In this document: piece by piece, positions 63,628 through 64,000 of the stretch
Position numbering within the stretch: the first letter of the stretch is position 1
Layout of the letters: the number at the start of each line of letters is the position of its first letter
NCBI RefSeq assembly: GCF_006345805.1
Contig: NC_043004.1
Span: 64,480,001-64,544,000, forward strand
Length of the DNA: 64,000 nucleotides
Reading direction: 5' to 3'
Source: Octopus sinensis
Lineage: Eukaryota
Program-made: the position numbers and the translations under genes
The notes under the pieces: generated by a model
Told to the model about the DNA's origin: nothing
The model's database searches: none
Seen by the model: the letters and a program-made list of their open reading frames with translations, nothing else

Positions 63628-64000
63628 TGTATGTATGTATATATGAATATATCTATACATATACACATACATATATGCACACACACACACTCACACACAT
63701 ATGCATGTATACAGCTGGATACTTTTTCTGTCACCAAACCTCACCCCTTTCCGAGGAATGTAATATTTCCCCATGGCCAGACATGCTTTTGCACAATATT
63801 GAAAATGTGTGACACTGCTTGTATAACAGTAACATTCATTTACAACTCCAATACAATGACAAGATACATACACACACACACATATAAGCATATGTATGCA
63901 TAAACAAACCTATATACATGTATGTACATTGGTGTGTGTGTGTGTGTGTGTGTATCAGCATCATTTTGACACCCATCTCTTTCTTGCATAATATTCTTTG

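Noticed and set aside
1-64000. Most ORF-track entries (YIYI, THTH, CVCV, poly-G/V/T/N, poly-L/I)
   Set aside because: They are translations of di- and tri-nucleotide microsatellites that lack stops by composition; there is no domain signal.

Overview
AT-rich, extremely repeat-dense eukaryotic DNA. The microsatellite load and SINE families look like an octopus (coleoid cephalopod) genome; that is an inference from my recall, not a database match. I found no recognisable host protein-coding exon, rRNA, intact tRNA gene or CRISPR array. Almost all ORF-track entries are translations of (TA)n/(CA)n/(ATT)n/(GGT)n tracts, so the window is probably intronic or intergenic. Main contents: (1) a near full-length, decayed HERO-type non-LTR retrotransposon (RT + CCHC + restriction-like endonuclease, 6991-11087, minus strand) with a 7-bp TSD, inserted into an old SINE and carrying a younger SINE in its 3' UTR; (2) RTE LINE fragments; (3) five Tc1/mariner remnants, one with an internal inversion, plus piggyBac-, hAT- and Tc1-type MITEs; (4) several non-autonomous Helitron/HINE-like elements; (5) dozens of tRNA-derived SINEs of at least four families; (6) the most interesting signal: at least eight short non-coding elements sitting in (TA)n tracts that carry hammerhead-ribozyme cores or variants. 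One has a fully canonical core and one has a compensatory U3-A8 core. Three such elements have folded back into long near-perfect palindromes. They resemble Penelope-like-element (PLE) terminal repeats or retrozyme-like elements. All alignments and folds were done by eye.
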